A DNA stretch of 61,518 bases, counting the filler, from Sphacelaria rigidula (Eukaryota): assembly GCA_964200075.2 (NCBI GenBank). It is 11 parts of 11 records of this genome, joined end to end, with 100 filler letters (N's around TTAATTAATTAA, not from the genome) between each part and the next. Parts side by side here need not be neighbours in the genome. Positions count along the whole stretch, not along the records: positions 22,409 to 27,910 come from CAXNAA020026805.1; positions 28,011 to 33,512 come from CAXNAA020026806.1; positions 33,613 to 39,114 come from CAXNAA020026807.1; 8 more parts are not named here. One strand, given 5' to 3'. Every line of letters starts with the position of its first letter. Within the stretch, counting starts at the first letter, position 1. Under the pieces are notes generated by a model. That model was not told the origin of the DNA. It saw only the letters and a program-made list of their open reading frames with translations, and ran no database searches. Both the position numbers and the translations under genes were made by a program. Below are positions 24,569 through 37,091 of this stretch, piece after piece.

Positions 24569-27500
24569 ATGGCGGACAATGAGAGTATTCTTGCGGTACT
24601 TAAGTTGCGTACAAAAGTTGATGGTAGAGACAAGGCTAATTTCCGAGAGTACCAAGACAAACTACGGGTGATCCTCTCCCTCCACCGCAATGCGGCCGCA
24701 GAAATGCTGCAGGGGCGGCAGAGACCCGCACGCACGGTAATTGCTGATGAGCCGTCAACCCGTGATACGGCAGCCTCACTGGCTTGGAATCGCGCAAACA
24801 ATGACCTGTTCAGCGTTTTACTTTTTACCCCCGAAAAATCAGCGAACAATACCGTGAGACGTTTCATGGGGAAAACCCAGGAGGACGGGGTTGCTAATGG
24901 CCAAGCAGCGTGGGCAGCGTTGCAAGAAAAAATGACGGCAACACAAAAGAGGCACGCAGGGAACTCCATGATAAACTCCACAAGACGGCGATGCAGTCAG
25001 GGGATGACCCGGAAGATGTTTTGTTTGTCATGGATGGCTACCGTGACCGCCTGGAGGAAATGGGGCAGTCCGTGCCTGGCGAACGATATGAGAACATTAC
25101 CCTTCGAGCCTTACCTGCCGAGTACGATAGGGTTCGCATTGCTACCTGTGAGGGGCGCGATTTTAATTTGTCGGACCTCAGATACATGGTCAGCACCATG
25201 TATGTTGACTACCTTTCACGACCGGACGCCACTAACTCGGTCGCAGGCCGCGGGGTTGCTATGCAGGCTAGTGGACAGAATGACGGCAGCGAAAGCAATC
25301 AAGTAACATGCTACCACTGCGGAAAGCAAGGACACGTGAGGAGAAATTGCCCCGCCCGAAGTGCGACCCGAGCACTGACAGGGGGAGACGGTCAGGACGG
25401 AGGAGACAATGGGAATGTAGGCAAGTGGTGCTCTTTCCACAGGTCAACAACCCACAGCGAAGAAGAGTGCCGTTCCTTGCAACAGCGCAACCAGCAGACA
25501 GCCAGTTTCGCACAACGGTCAGTGTATCCACCAGCCACCGGTACAAGAGAGCACCCTCCCGCCATCTCCTTTCATGCCCTAGAAGCGCCCAAAGCGAACC
25601 ATCCCCAAGCGGACAACCTTTGGCCTTTCGCTTCAACGAACCAACCCGTTGCTTCTTTTGACAGCAGCTGCCTCTTCGGCGCCTTCGAAGGGGCCGACGG
25701 AGAGGAGGCCGGGGGTCCTGGGTTCTGGCGCAGAGCTCGCAACCTACTGCGGGGAATCAGGGAGACACTTTCCCCACTAGTGCGCGCGCTGGCCGTAATA
25801 GCCGTAGTCCACTACGTCTCGTTGATGTTCGGGAACTCATTATACCCCGGGGCCACGTCGAATCTCGACGAAACCGCTGAAACGTGTGCCGAAATCACCG
25901 ATGCTGATGATGGGACGGCTCTCGCGGCAGGACCCGCTCTGGACAAGTGGACTGAGGGTAGCAATAGCCATGTCAGTGTCATGGTAGACAGTGGTCCGTC
26001 GGGGCATTACTTCGACGATACCGTCATCCCGGGGCTACGGTATAAACTCGACAACTACCAAGAACTGGCGACCCCGCGTACGATCACCACCGCAGGACTG
26101 CTCCGCGGACACATCGAAGACGGCGAAGGGGTCCAACGCCTGGTTCAGATTTCGTGTTTGGTCGTGCTTGGCCTGGGGAGGAACTTGTTCTCCGTCAAAC
26201 ACGCGACACGGAATGGAGTTGTATCTATTTTTGAGATGAACAACCCAAGACTCGAGACAAACAACTTCACCGTTCCGCTGCAGGAACTGGAGAGCGACCT
26301 GTATTTCTTCTCTCTGGAACTAAGCAGCGGCAACGACGTATCTGGACTGGCTATGCAAGCTGCAGACGCCGCCACGCTGGGCATCGGAGGATGGGACACT
26401 TGAACAGCAAAAGTTTGAATCTTCTCAAAAACGTCGGAAGCAACGGGGTGGATTCCGGTGGAGCCGTTCCGGACTGTGATATTTGTGCTGTTGGGAAAAG
26501 TCATCAACTGCCCCACCCGAAGACAGCCAACAACAAAGTGCAACGCGCTTTTCAACTAGTCATGACAGATTTGATGGGATCGATCATGCCGGAGGCGCTG
26601 GGAGGCTTCAAGTACGTCTGCAAGATCTCCGATGAGAATACCAGATGGACAGAGATTTACCTCGAAAAAACCAACAACGGCACTCTTCATACATTTCAGT
26701 CCTACATACAGTCAATGATCATTCTTGGCGGTGTTCGGGTCGAACGACTAAGGTCAGACAAAGGCGGTGAGTTCATTGGCAACGAGTTCACGTCGTACTG
26801 CCGACAGACAGGCAAATTGCTAGAGTTTGCAAGCACCAATACACCACAACAAATCGGCCGGTGCATGCGCTTGCAGCCATGGTCCGGTGCATGTGCTTGA
26901 CATGCAGTCGCCTCATAAGATGCTGAAGAGGACAGAACCGGATCTCAACCACATTCGAGTCGTCGGAGCCAGGGTTTTCGTACATATCGAGCAGGATACT
27001 TCGAAACTTGCGACACTTTCTACGATACCCCCCCCCAGAACCAGCCCAAACGTGTCACGAAAAAAATGGCCCTACAGCGCCTGATGTTTTGGTTCAGGCT
27101 GCATGACGCGCCTCGTATTGGCAACATTGGCGAGAACGAACCCAAGTGTGGGAATTCCCAGCTGCTTGTTGTGCTCGGATTTTCCCATTTCGATTCACAT
27201 GAAGATTTTGCCTCCCAAAACCATGCACGTTTGGGGGGGGGGCTGTCGTAGAAAGTGCCTTGCTCTCAAAGCAGTTGAAGGACGACTAGTAGGGTACAGT
27301 GATGACAGTAAGAGCTACAAAGCCTACAACCCGGCCAAGCAAGGTATCATTGAGAGCAGGAGCGTGGTCTTCATCGAGACTCCGACACACCTTACCCCGA
27401 CGGGAGAGCCACAACTTCGGATACACCCATTTTCACTTGGTGACCAGGACTCCAGCAACAGAGAGGGCCACAATTACGTCACCGACGACGACGACTTCTT

Positions 27501-27910
27501 CCATGATCTTCGCCATCACACCTCCGTACTAGCTCAACCGGCTCACGCCTCCGTGGATCATATCACTGCCAGCGGGATCTGTAACGATCCACAGGTGGCC
27601 GAGCCTCTGGAGAGAATCAGCGCCATCACCAAGCGGGACTGCACAACGATGACACACCTTGTGAAGAGACGTCGACACCAGCATCACCGGAGAGCCGTGC
27701 GCCGCTGGGACACACTGCACCCCCTTTTCGGGACGAACTTAGCCAATCCACATCATCAGCCGAATCACCACTGCTCACCCGCTCTCGACACTCTCGCCAT
27801 CAAGTAACTCCCGCCGTGACGCGCGCAGGCATTGCAGCACGCTCCTTCAGGGAACGCAACACCAACAACGACGGCGCAGCTTGTGCGCACCTTTCAGCCA
27901 CTGTGGACGA
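24569..27910 (+). mobile_element. Ty1/copia gag-protease-integrase, frameshifted and truncated by the contig end
   Basis: Gag (DGRDKANFREYQDKL), zinc knuckle CYHCGKQGHVRRNC, WCSFHRSTTHSEEEC, protease MVDSGPSGHY, WHRRMGHLN..CDICAVGK, TDLMG, RLRSDKGGEF, NTPQQIG, KAVEGRLVGYS. Frameshifts near 24930 and 26375. The catalytic-Glu region is deleted, and RT is not reached. Confidence 0.93.
27012..27259. mobile_element. 248-bp MITE inserted in the copia integrase, 4-bp TSD (TTGC)
   Basis: GACACTTTCTACGA...TCGTAGAAAGTGCC TIRs, with TTGC at 27008-27011 and 27260-27263. Removing the element and one TSD restores TSKLALKAVEG. Confidence 0.88.
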
Positions 27911-28010
27911 NNNNNNNNNNNNNNNNNNNNNNNNNNNNNNNNNNNNNNNNNNNNTTAATTAATTAANNNNNNNNNNNNNNNNNNNNNNNNNNNNNNNNNN
28001 NNNNNNNNNN

Positions 28011-28390
28011 TTTGATGCATTAGACAGTCAAGAGAAAACGATGGCTATACTAGGAGATAGACGGTGGCCAGAGACAGCGACACAGGACGGGGATAAGGTA
28101 TGTGAAAGGTTTTTGTGTAATGTTTGGAAGATACGTAATGAGCTATGGAAGAAACGTACACGGGTGGCCACTGGGGTGCCTGCAACCTCAAATTTGGACA
28201 TTACAGACGTTGCACAAGGTCTGTAACGTCCAAATTTGAGGTAACAGGCACGCCAGTGGCCACCCGTGTAATGAGCGCCGCAATGTTAAAGGTGTCTCTA
28301 TGAGGAGTAGAAACGGTGCTCGGTCTCGAAAGGGATGCGTGTTCAATGGTCACACGACTAAGGCAAGCAACAAATGAGTAGCCCCCCTCC
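28011..28390 (+). mobile_element. LINE ORF2 C-terminus and 3' end, interrupted by a MITE
   Basis: KTMAILGDRRWPETATQDGDKVCERFLCNVWK ... NERRNVKGVSMRSRNGARSRKGCVFNGHTTKASNK*. Same family as 44875-45650. Confidence 0.85.
28159..28268. mobile_element. 110-bp palindromic Tc1/mariner-type MITE with TA TSD
   Basis: TA-CACGGGTGGCCACTGG...CCAGTGGCCACCCGTG-TA, with ~50-bp arms and a ~10-nt loop. The pre-insertion LINE sequence AAACGTAATGAG is restored on removal. Confidence 0.9.
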
Positions 28391-28989
28391 CCCCCCTTCG
28401 TAGGATGAATCAAAAGTCTACTCCGGCAATTCAGCGCCGTTTTTCGCCAGATTTTGGGTTTTGGCGGAGTGTTTCACCTCAGAAAGACTTGCCGCTGCAC
28501 TCACTGCGAGGGTTCTAGCGCACTTTTCAGGCCTTAGTGCGCCCAGCTTAAGTTTGGGTCGGACGAATGTTTCCTCTAGTAACGCCGAAAAAAAGCTGCG
28601 CCGTTTCTCTGAGATTATCAACATTATTCTCCACATCAACCTGACCTCTCGACCCGTGGTCACAGACGTAGGCTCGCACTCCAGTACCGCCACTGCTTTT
28701 CCTCACATGATATAGAAGCGATGATCGAGCGGCTCTAAGGCACCGAAAACAAAGCAGAACAAAAATGAATCATCAAGAGAGACGTCAAGAAAACAGAGAA
28801 TGAAAAGCCTCTTCCCGAGTTGGTCGGGGTGTGGTGAAATAAACCAGGTCTGTCAAAGGAGTAAAGGTACGACGTGGAGACCCCGAGCGAATCAAACAAC
28901 ATCCCCAGGTACCCCTCGAGAAAACACTAGAGTTTTGGGAAGACATCAGACACACTACTGTAGTAAGTATACTACGTGATGGGCTACCC

Positions 28990-31300
28990 GTTACGTTTCC
29001 GCGACCTTTGATAGACAGACGGAACTCTCTTATTACAACACAGCAAAACGTTCATTTGCAAGGCGCGCGTTGGTCTAGTCTGCCATGCAGTTCCCAGCCC
29101 CGGCCTCCACGGCTCAGTACCACCCGAAAATATCTTGGGGCAATTTGCGCCCATGACGCCGCTTCTATTCCGAAGGATGAACAGTAATAAGGGATACGGT
29201 GTCGCAAGCATTTCGAGGATTGGCCTGCCTGCTTCTCCTCCCCCAACCTTTTCTCCACGCATGCCGACGTTGGGAAGGTGCTCGTCAATGCACGCGACGC
29301 GGCCGGCGCACAGCACGATTTGCCTCAATACGGTGGCCTCGATGCAATCGCAGTCAGTCCCCTCGAGAACCTCGCAATTTGACACCGTGAGGTAGTGGGG
29401 GGAGCTGCGGGTGAAGACATGCTCGATGAGGCACCCCAGCCGGAACCTGCGGTGGGCTTTCCGCAACGGGCCGAAAATACTGGGCGAGGGCGTTTAGGTC
29501 ACGCAGCCGTGAAGCATGATCTCGATCACTTCTGCCTTCAGGAAACAAACGTTCTTGTCCAGGTCGATGTACGGGTTGTCGTATGTTGGTCTGCCGTACT
29601 GATGAAGCACTTTCAGCCCTGGCCAATCCGGTGGTCAACCTCAATGGTGCCATCGCCAACGCTGCTGATGGTGCCTCCGAGATATACGATGAGACTCCTC
29701 TCGCTTGTACTTTTGTCCTGTAACCTCCACCTCAACCACACCCGCCTTCGCGTTTGGGGAGCACATTTGTATTGTCACCGGCTTCTTTTTCGCCACGACG
29801 AGACCGTATGCCACACACAGACGTAGTTGAGATTGCAAGGCGATACCAGCGTCGTCCGCGCACAGCCTGGCTCAAAGAACCTCGCAAAGCTCGTCCCTGG
29901 TGTTCTCACCCGTGGTATGGATGCGAATGAAGTCATCCACCGCTGCTTTATCGATCGAGAAGTCACCCTCAGCAACGCCGCGAAGAAGAAGTTGAGAAAT
30001 TTGTGAGTAATCACACTGCCTTGGCAGAGGTCCTCTGGTTAACGCCAAACCACTCGGAAGTCTCCCCGCTGTCAACGCGCCCGCACGCCCGCATGCTGTC
30101 GTGTAACCGGCTGATGATGAAACTCATCTTGGCGGGGATGCCGTATCGTGCTAGTACGTTCCAGAGAATAGAGTGGTCAACTGCGTCGTGCGTCTTCTAG
30201 AGATCGATGAAGCACATGTACAGCGAAAGATTCTTCTCTCTGGCCAGTTCTCGAAGTCTGCGCACAACATACATAATGTCGAATGTCGACCGGCGAGGTC
30301 GGAAATTGCACAGTGCTCCTGGTGGGGTTCTCTTCCACTCGCAATATGCGCTGGGGCCAATCGCAGCTATCTTGAGAACCACGTTGCCCTCGTGGGACCC
30401 TAGCGAGATGCCGCGGTAGTCGCCACATTCGTGTGAGTCCTTCTCGAACAGCACCTTGATGGCAGCGTCTTTCCATTCGTGAGTCATCCTGCGACACGGG
30501 GGGGGGGGGGGGGGGGGGGTTTTTTTCGGTTTTTTTTTCCACGAAAACCCCCCTAAAAACCCCGGTGAAGGGGGCAGCCACCTTTTTTTTTATTTTTCTT
30601 NNNNNNNNNNGGCGCCCTCCCTCGCTCGGCTTGCGTGGGGGGGCGGGGGGGGGGGGGTGGGGGGCGGTGGATGTTATTCTCGGTCATTTCTTCCACGAAA
30701 ATCCACTTCAAATCGCCGTTGAAGGCAGCAGCTAGCTATTGTTTCAATTCGCTTGTCACCGATAGATAAGTTCATTCATACTGCTTAATACTGTTTTAAC
30801 CCAAATACAAGCGTAACGCGAGTGTGATAGGTCGTCTGAATTGAGGCCATGTTTTCGTGGAATCAAACACCCGCCCTCCTATCGCAGGATCTCTCTCCTG
30901 TGGGACTACTTCCTGACACCACACTGTAAGCAAGAGGTCGTGGAGGCACTTCAGTGTGGGAGAGCCCTCGGTGAGGCTGAGCTTGAATAGCTCGCCACTC
31001 AGGTTGTCAGTCCCAGCAGCCTCGCCGTGTGCTAGCTTCCCCGACGCTTCCTTCACTTTTTTCCATCGTGGGCTCGGCCGCGAGCGGTGCGTTCCCCGGC
31101 ATCTATTCGATGACATTAATGACAGAGTTGTCGGACGTAGATGAGGTTGCGTTCGAACGCTTCTCGAACCACCCATTCCACCGCTTTAGGATAAATTACT
31201 TGTCGTGCAACAGCTCGACAGACGCACTGCTCATGTAGGTTGAGCCACACCTCTTCTTCCCTTCCATTCCCAAGGACTTCATGTGTTGGTCTAGCATCAC
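28990..31300 (-). mobile_element. Decayed RTE-like LINE reverse transcriptase
   Basis: GEAAGTDNLSGELFK, EWKDAAIKVLFEKDSHECGDYRGISL, FRPRRSTFDIMYVVRRLRELAREKNLSLYMCFIDL, LCADD. Stops and frameshifts throughout; interrupted at about 30490-30880. Confidence 0.88.
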
Positions 31301-31599
31301 CTGGTCCTTCCTCCGTGATAACCCCGCTGTATTGGCCGTGAACTCTAGATTTAGATCACCTTGGTTTCTCTGAGATCGTCGGTGTGTGATTTTTGAGAGA
31401 GACCTCCAAGGTTCTTGTGGGCTGTTTGGGGAATCGACAATCCTTCCAAAAGTCCGAGTGAGCGTACGAAAACCAGGTCCTAAATGGCGCTGAAATTCTC
31501 TCAGAAGAAGTAGAGCAAGATTTTCCGAGGTGGCACCATCCGCACTGTCCCGTATTATCACTATACTTCGGCGAAAAGTAGCACTGAATCACCCAACAA

Positions 31600-32420
31600 T
31601 TCTTCCCATAGGTTGTTTCTGGAGAACTTGTTTTCACACTGCTCATGAAAATTCCCTCGGATCGTTGCGCCGCGATGTTCCCACCCGTTTTTGCCCCACA
31701 CCAGCCACATACCGATACAGTAAGCTCTTCTATATACAACAAGCTTTTCTTCAGTGCCGAGAGACGGTGGTGCGATTCTTCGGTAGTAATGCATTTTTGA
31801 ACCCAAACGTTTTCTGAGGCTACACGCTAAGGCCTAGATGTTTGTTATCGAAAAGCTGCTAAAGTTCAGAACCTCAGAAAAAAGAAGTGCAACCCTATCG
31901 TAGAACCACGCGGTGCGCGTCCCAGCAGTACCAACCACCCAGTCAAATGGCCAAAAACATGTGAAAGCGAAGACACCATCACCAAGCGCAAATTTCGGAC
32001 AGCATTCGCCATACCCTCAGAGCGGAGTTTATGCTTCATGTCGTCGTGGTGGGCAGCAGTACATGTATTGCATCTATTGCCCATATTCAGAGCATCATTC
32101 CAGCTATGGATCACTGCTGGGCTCCTCTGGTATATCGAGATACATTTCTCCACATGTTCGGCACCAACTCACAGCTACACAGTGGCTCCGTGAGATGTGG
32201 AGTCTAGGATACGATTGAGAGTGAGAAGCGGTAATGAAATAGTTTGAGCTCCGAAATGCACCCCCGGCCCTTACACGAGGCTCGATACGCTTTCTGAAGA
32301 AGCTCACCATTGAAGCCTTTGATATCCCTGAGTAGGATACCGACGTGTAGCTGTAAGCACACGGCAGTTTTACAGGTGAAGAAAAGCACACGCCAAATGA
32401 AAAAGTGGTCGAGTTTGAGT
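31600..32420 (+). mobile_element. Possible pogo-like (DDE_1) transposase relic
   Basis: Broken-frame similarity only: HHQAQISDSIR, IIPAMDH, RHQLTATQWLREMW..EAVMK*FE..RGS. Confidence 0.28.
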
Positions 32421-33173
32421 GAACAATAAAACTCACTCTCAATCAGCGCTAGACTCTCAATATCACGAAGATATTTCCAGCCGTCAATTTTCCCAGCTGC
32501 TCGTGACGCAAGTGACCGATGGTTCGCGTAATTTAATTCAAAGCAATTAATTTATTTCAATACGGAATTTACTCGAGCTCGGGAATGGTTTGTCTAACCA
32601 CGGGGCAGCGTGAAAACACATTTTGGACATGTGGATCCCAAAATCGAAAATTTGAGTTTTTGAGGCGGGGGGGGCACCCAGCCGTCTGTCCCCTGTTTCA
32701 TTGCCGAGGCGTTGGCGGATGCGCTCAGCTGCCATGGACAGATGTCCATGACATGGAGACCGCTGATATGGCGAACACGCCCCCTCCCCCAAGCTTATCT
32801 TAGGCAGTTCCCTCTACTAGCGAAGGCTCCGATGTATCTTCTAGAGCGGCCGCTGCCCAGCTCGTCGCCCGTCTCGCGGCTTGGTCTGAGGAACAAGGTT
32901 GGGTGTGCCGCACTTGCAAGCATGTGTTTGGCAAAAACACCGTGAATGATTTCCAACGGGGGGTACTGAAAAACCATGAAGGGAGAAAACACAGAAGGTG
33001 GGTGGCTTCAGAGTTGTCAACCTCGAACGATGATGATCGAAGGCTGAACGTAGATAGCAAAGGTGATATCCATGTCGTTTTGTTTTCAGATATGGTTGAG
33101 AAAACCCAAGCACCTGTGCAAAGATAAACAAACTCTGAATACCACCCCCTCTCAACTGCACGACTACATGATG

Positions 33174-33397
33174 AAGGAGCAGAAGCAAATATATCAAGCC
33201 CGGAAAGCCCACCAGACTTTTCAGTTTTTGTCAGTGTTTATTGATGAACTTCTTCCAAGAAGAAACGGGAAAAAAAATCAGGACAGTATTCGAGAAAATG
33301 CCTCCCGGCATCTGAGGTCATGAGGACAGGACGGGCAAGGAGCAGAAGCAAATATACGAACCCCACAACGCCCACCAGATTTTTCGGCTTTTGTCAG
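33174..33397 (+). repeat. Direct repeat of about 60 bp, two copies
   Basis: AAGGAGCAGAAGCAAATATA...GCCCACCAGA.TTTTC.G.TTTTGTCAG at about 33174 and 33337. Confidence 0.7.
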
Positions 33398-34611
33398 AGG
33401 CGATCAGTTTTTCGCAAAAAAATTAACAGAAAAAAAAAATCAAAACAGTGTTTATTGATCAGTTTTTTTCAACAACGTTGACAAAAAAAAAATCATGACA
33501 ATGCTCGAAAAANNNNNNNNNNNNNNNNNNNNNNNNNNNNNNNNNNNNNNNNNNNNTTAATTAATTAANNNNNNNNNNNNNNNNNNNNNNNNNNNNNNNN
33601 NNNNNNNNNNNNGTTGCGATCGCCAGCGGGGTAAGTGTTGGGTTGGGTTTCCTCCTTCCATCAAGGAAAAAAAAAAACCAACACATAGCAGTCCGATTCT
33701 ATATTGTTGTAATTAATTGCTCACTCAGCAGGGCGTGCATGCAGATCTGTACTACTATTCATGTAATACACATACACTGATGATCCGGTACAAATACAGC
33801 CACGTTCGCAGGGCGGACATCATGAAGGTAATAACACATGATGACTCATTGTGCCAAGAAGAGATACAAAAAGGTACACAAAATTGTTCGAATAGAGAAG
33901 GGCGGCAGAAAAACAGAAACACAAAACAACACCAACATAACATAACAAAACAAAACAAAACAAAACCAACTACAATAAATAACAAAACTACAGAACAGCA
34001 GTGGAGCCACCGAATTTGTCCACGAGGTTACAAGCTCGTGTCACCCTTCGCACCTCTTCAAAGTCACAAGGACTATGATTACTTCGGCTACATCGATATC
34101 TCTTCAAAGTCACAAGGGATACTATTCGCTTGTTCTATGTTTGGGTGTGGTGTCGCGGTGCATGCTACCGTGGCGCTGAACTTGCGCTTACATCGCGTGC
34201 GTAGTATGATGACGTATGCACACTCTTCTTGAACCCATGAATCCTGTCATACGGGTATCACATATGCTCATCTCACACTAATTGTGGTACAAGTTGAGCA
34301 TGTGACGGTTGTGACGTTCATTCAGACGTCACAACCGTGCAATGTAACGTGTAACGTATAAAATACACTACACGTTACAATGAACGTTTCAATATGCAGT
34401 ACGTTGATGTGACGTATAAAAAAATGCGTCACGTCACGTCACATTGGTGACGTCTTCGAAAAACATACGTTACTTCACCTCACACCCTTGTGACGTGAGT
34501 GACGTGTAACGTACGTGTGACATATACCGCAAAGAGCCCTGAGCCCTGAAAAGAACCTATAATACTGATCATGATCAATTGATTTCATCAAGTCATCAAC
34601 CCCCGTTGTTA

Positions 34612-35179
34612 AGGGCCCTTCTTATCGAAGGGGATTTTCCTCTTTTTGAAAATCCTCTTTTTGAAAAGTCACCGCTGATTGGTCGCTGCGATACCACCCC
34701 AAAAACATCCCCAAAACCTGCCGAGAAATCCCCTTTTTGGAGGGGATTTCAGGAACACTTCCTGAAATTCTCTTTCGAAAAGGGGATTTCCGGACACCTC
34801 GAAGGGGAACATATATGTTCAGTTGACAGGGGCACATGCAAAGGCTTACCACACGACCTTACACGATCAGAGGTGAACCTGAGGAACTTGGTGTCCCCGC
34901 AAACCAAAAACATACAGCTCGAGCCGTAGCTGCTCAGCAGCTGAGCGCGTTGTGCGTGACTTTGCTCAGATCGCTTCAGAATTAATTGAGAAATGATGAT
35001 TTGTGTGTGGCGCGCGCACAGCACACGCTTACAAACGGTCAGCAACGACACGTTTTCGGTTGCTTTTGACACGCACGCGGTCGCCATTCGTCCAACATAA
35101 AACGGATTTCCGTCATACAAAGACTGCCGTGTGTAGATCAGCAAGTGCTAGCGGTGGAACTAATGCGCGTCAGTGGTGG

Positions 35180-35220
<41 letters not shown>

Positions 35221-36046
35221 TGTTCTCGGGGCTGGGTGTGTAGGTGTCGTGTTGACTCGTTACGTCTTGCCTGCAGCATTACAGAGTAGTGTTGGATATC
35301 GAACCATTTAGCACTCCGATACGATATCGACTTTTTCAGCGTTCGATAAGGATAATAATATCGATAAATTTCGGCGAACCCGAACCACGGCGAGCGCAGC
35401 GAGTCCGCTCGCTGTGCGAGCCCGGCATTCCCCCCCCCCCCCCCCCCCCCCCCCCGTCAGGGGCTCCCCGGGGGACACCCCCGGGGGGGAGAAAAATTGG
35501 AATTACGGTAACTTCTCCACCAGAAAAAACNNNNNNNNNNGCGTACCCCACCCACCGCGGGCCCGGCCCGGCCGCCCGCGGGGGCCGCCCGCGGCCCCCC
35601 CCCCCCCCCCCCCCCCGACTCGTGAGGGGGGCCCACGGGAGGCGCCGCCGGGGGCAAGAAAATTGGGATTTACGGCTTTATTTCCCATCGAAATTGGCCT
35701 AATCAAGGTCTCCCAGCTCAGGAGAAAACGTTTCCAGATCCGACAAAACCCAATGATCACACCGCACGTATTATCATTTTATGGAAAGGTTTTCGATGCG
35801 ATAACGATGACGATCTTTCGATACGATACATCGAAACTTTCGATACAATATCCAACACTATTTACAGAGACCTTGGACTAACGACCACTTCCAGACCCGC
35901 CGCATTTCTGAACCTGCGTGCATATCTGCAGTTCGATGTGTAAAACTTTCTTCTCGATAGGATTCAAAACTGGTCGTTGTGGGGGCAATCCCCTTTCGAA
36001 AGGCGATGTTAAAAACTGGGAAATCCCCTTCGATAAGGAGGGCCCT
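34612..36046. mobile_element. Non-autonomous TIR DNA transposon (about 1.43 kb including a nested insert)
   Basis: AGGGCCCTTCTTATCGAAGGGGATTT at the left end is mirrored by AAATCCCCTTCGATAAGGAGGGCCCT at the right end (~60-bp imperfect TIR). Flanks are TA (TTAA / TTAC context). Confidence 0.82.
35287..35860. mobile_element. hAT-like MITE nested in the TIR element
   Basis: TAGTGTTGGATAT...ATATCCAACACTA TIRs, flanked by TTACAGAG on both sides (one extra T on the right). Subterminal CGATA repeats. Confidence 0.8.
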
Positions 36047-37091
36047 TACAATCAATTATCCATGATTGATAAACCAGAGGTTGGTTGGACAGATAATGAA
36101 ATAACCAAACCAACCCATGTTTGAGTTGGTCTCGTACTGTAGTCCAAATCGAAGCCCGGATCTGCACACAGGTTCAAAAATGCAGCGGTTCTGGGGTGGT
36201 CGTGAGTTCACCTTGTCTGAACCGCTGCAGACCGGTATAGGCAGATTACCAGAACCTGCTGTCAGAGTAGAACCAGTTCCACAGGACATTTGTGCATAGA
36301 CCCGCCAATCCAACGAACACCACATTTTAAATCCACCCACAGACAACAGAGCCGGCATGGAATACATCACTCGGGAAGCGACGATTGCCCGCGGCAAACC
36401 TGACATAACGCATGATCGTATACGTACTATCGAATCAAAACCAAACCTTGGTGTTTGGTCAACACCACCCTTTGCCGAAAAGGATATTGCGTCGTTCGGG
36501 AGGGTGTTGCGAGGTAGTGTGGAGCGAGGCAGTAAGGTGAGCTGTCGTGTTCGTGTTGCATATAAGGCACCATCACTCGTACACGCCGTGCCAATTCGTT
36601 GGTGGAGACATCTGCCCACGAATGTCTCGAGCAAACGCGCAGAGACGAATCACCACGAGTTAGAGGCAAGAGCATCAGCAGCAGTGTAGCACGAAGCCGC
36701 TGAACCTATCGCACAAGCTTGTGGGCTGCCAATAACACCACCGCGTAGGATTGTTCCCAATTCAACATCGTTGTACGATGAGGCACACACATGTACATAT
36801 GAACTACCGTTGTAGTGCAGAGCAAGAGCCGATCACTGATTACCGTTGCTGCCGCGGCTGCTGCCAACACTTCCTCACACTGTTGTTTCTGAAAAATACA
36901 GAGAGGTTTGTCTGCATTCGTCTTGATTTGAGAGTGCATATGCATGTTCCCAATACAGATATCTTCGTATAATAGTCGTCTTGATTTGAGAGTGTTGAAG
37001 AGTACATATGCATGCGTGACGTACTGCCGTTGCCTGTCCACTGCATTTTGGATGGGGGGTGTTCGCTCTCGCAGCGATACCGCAACCCACG

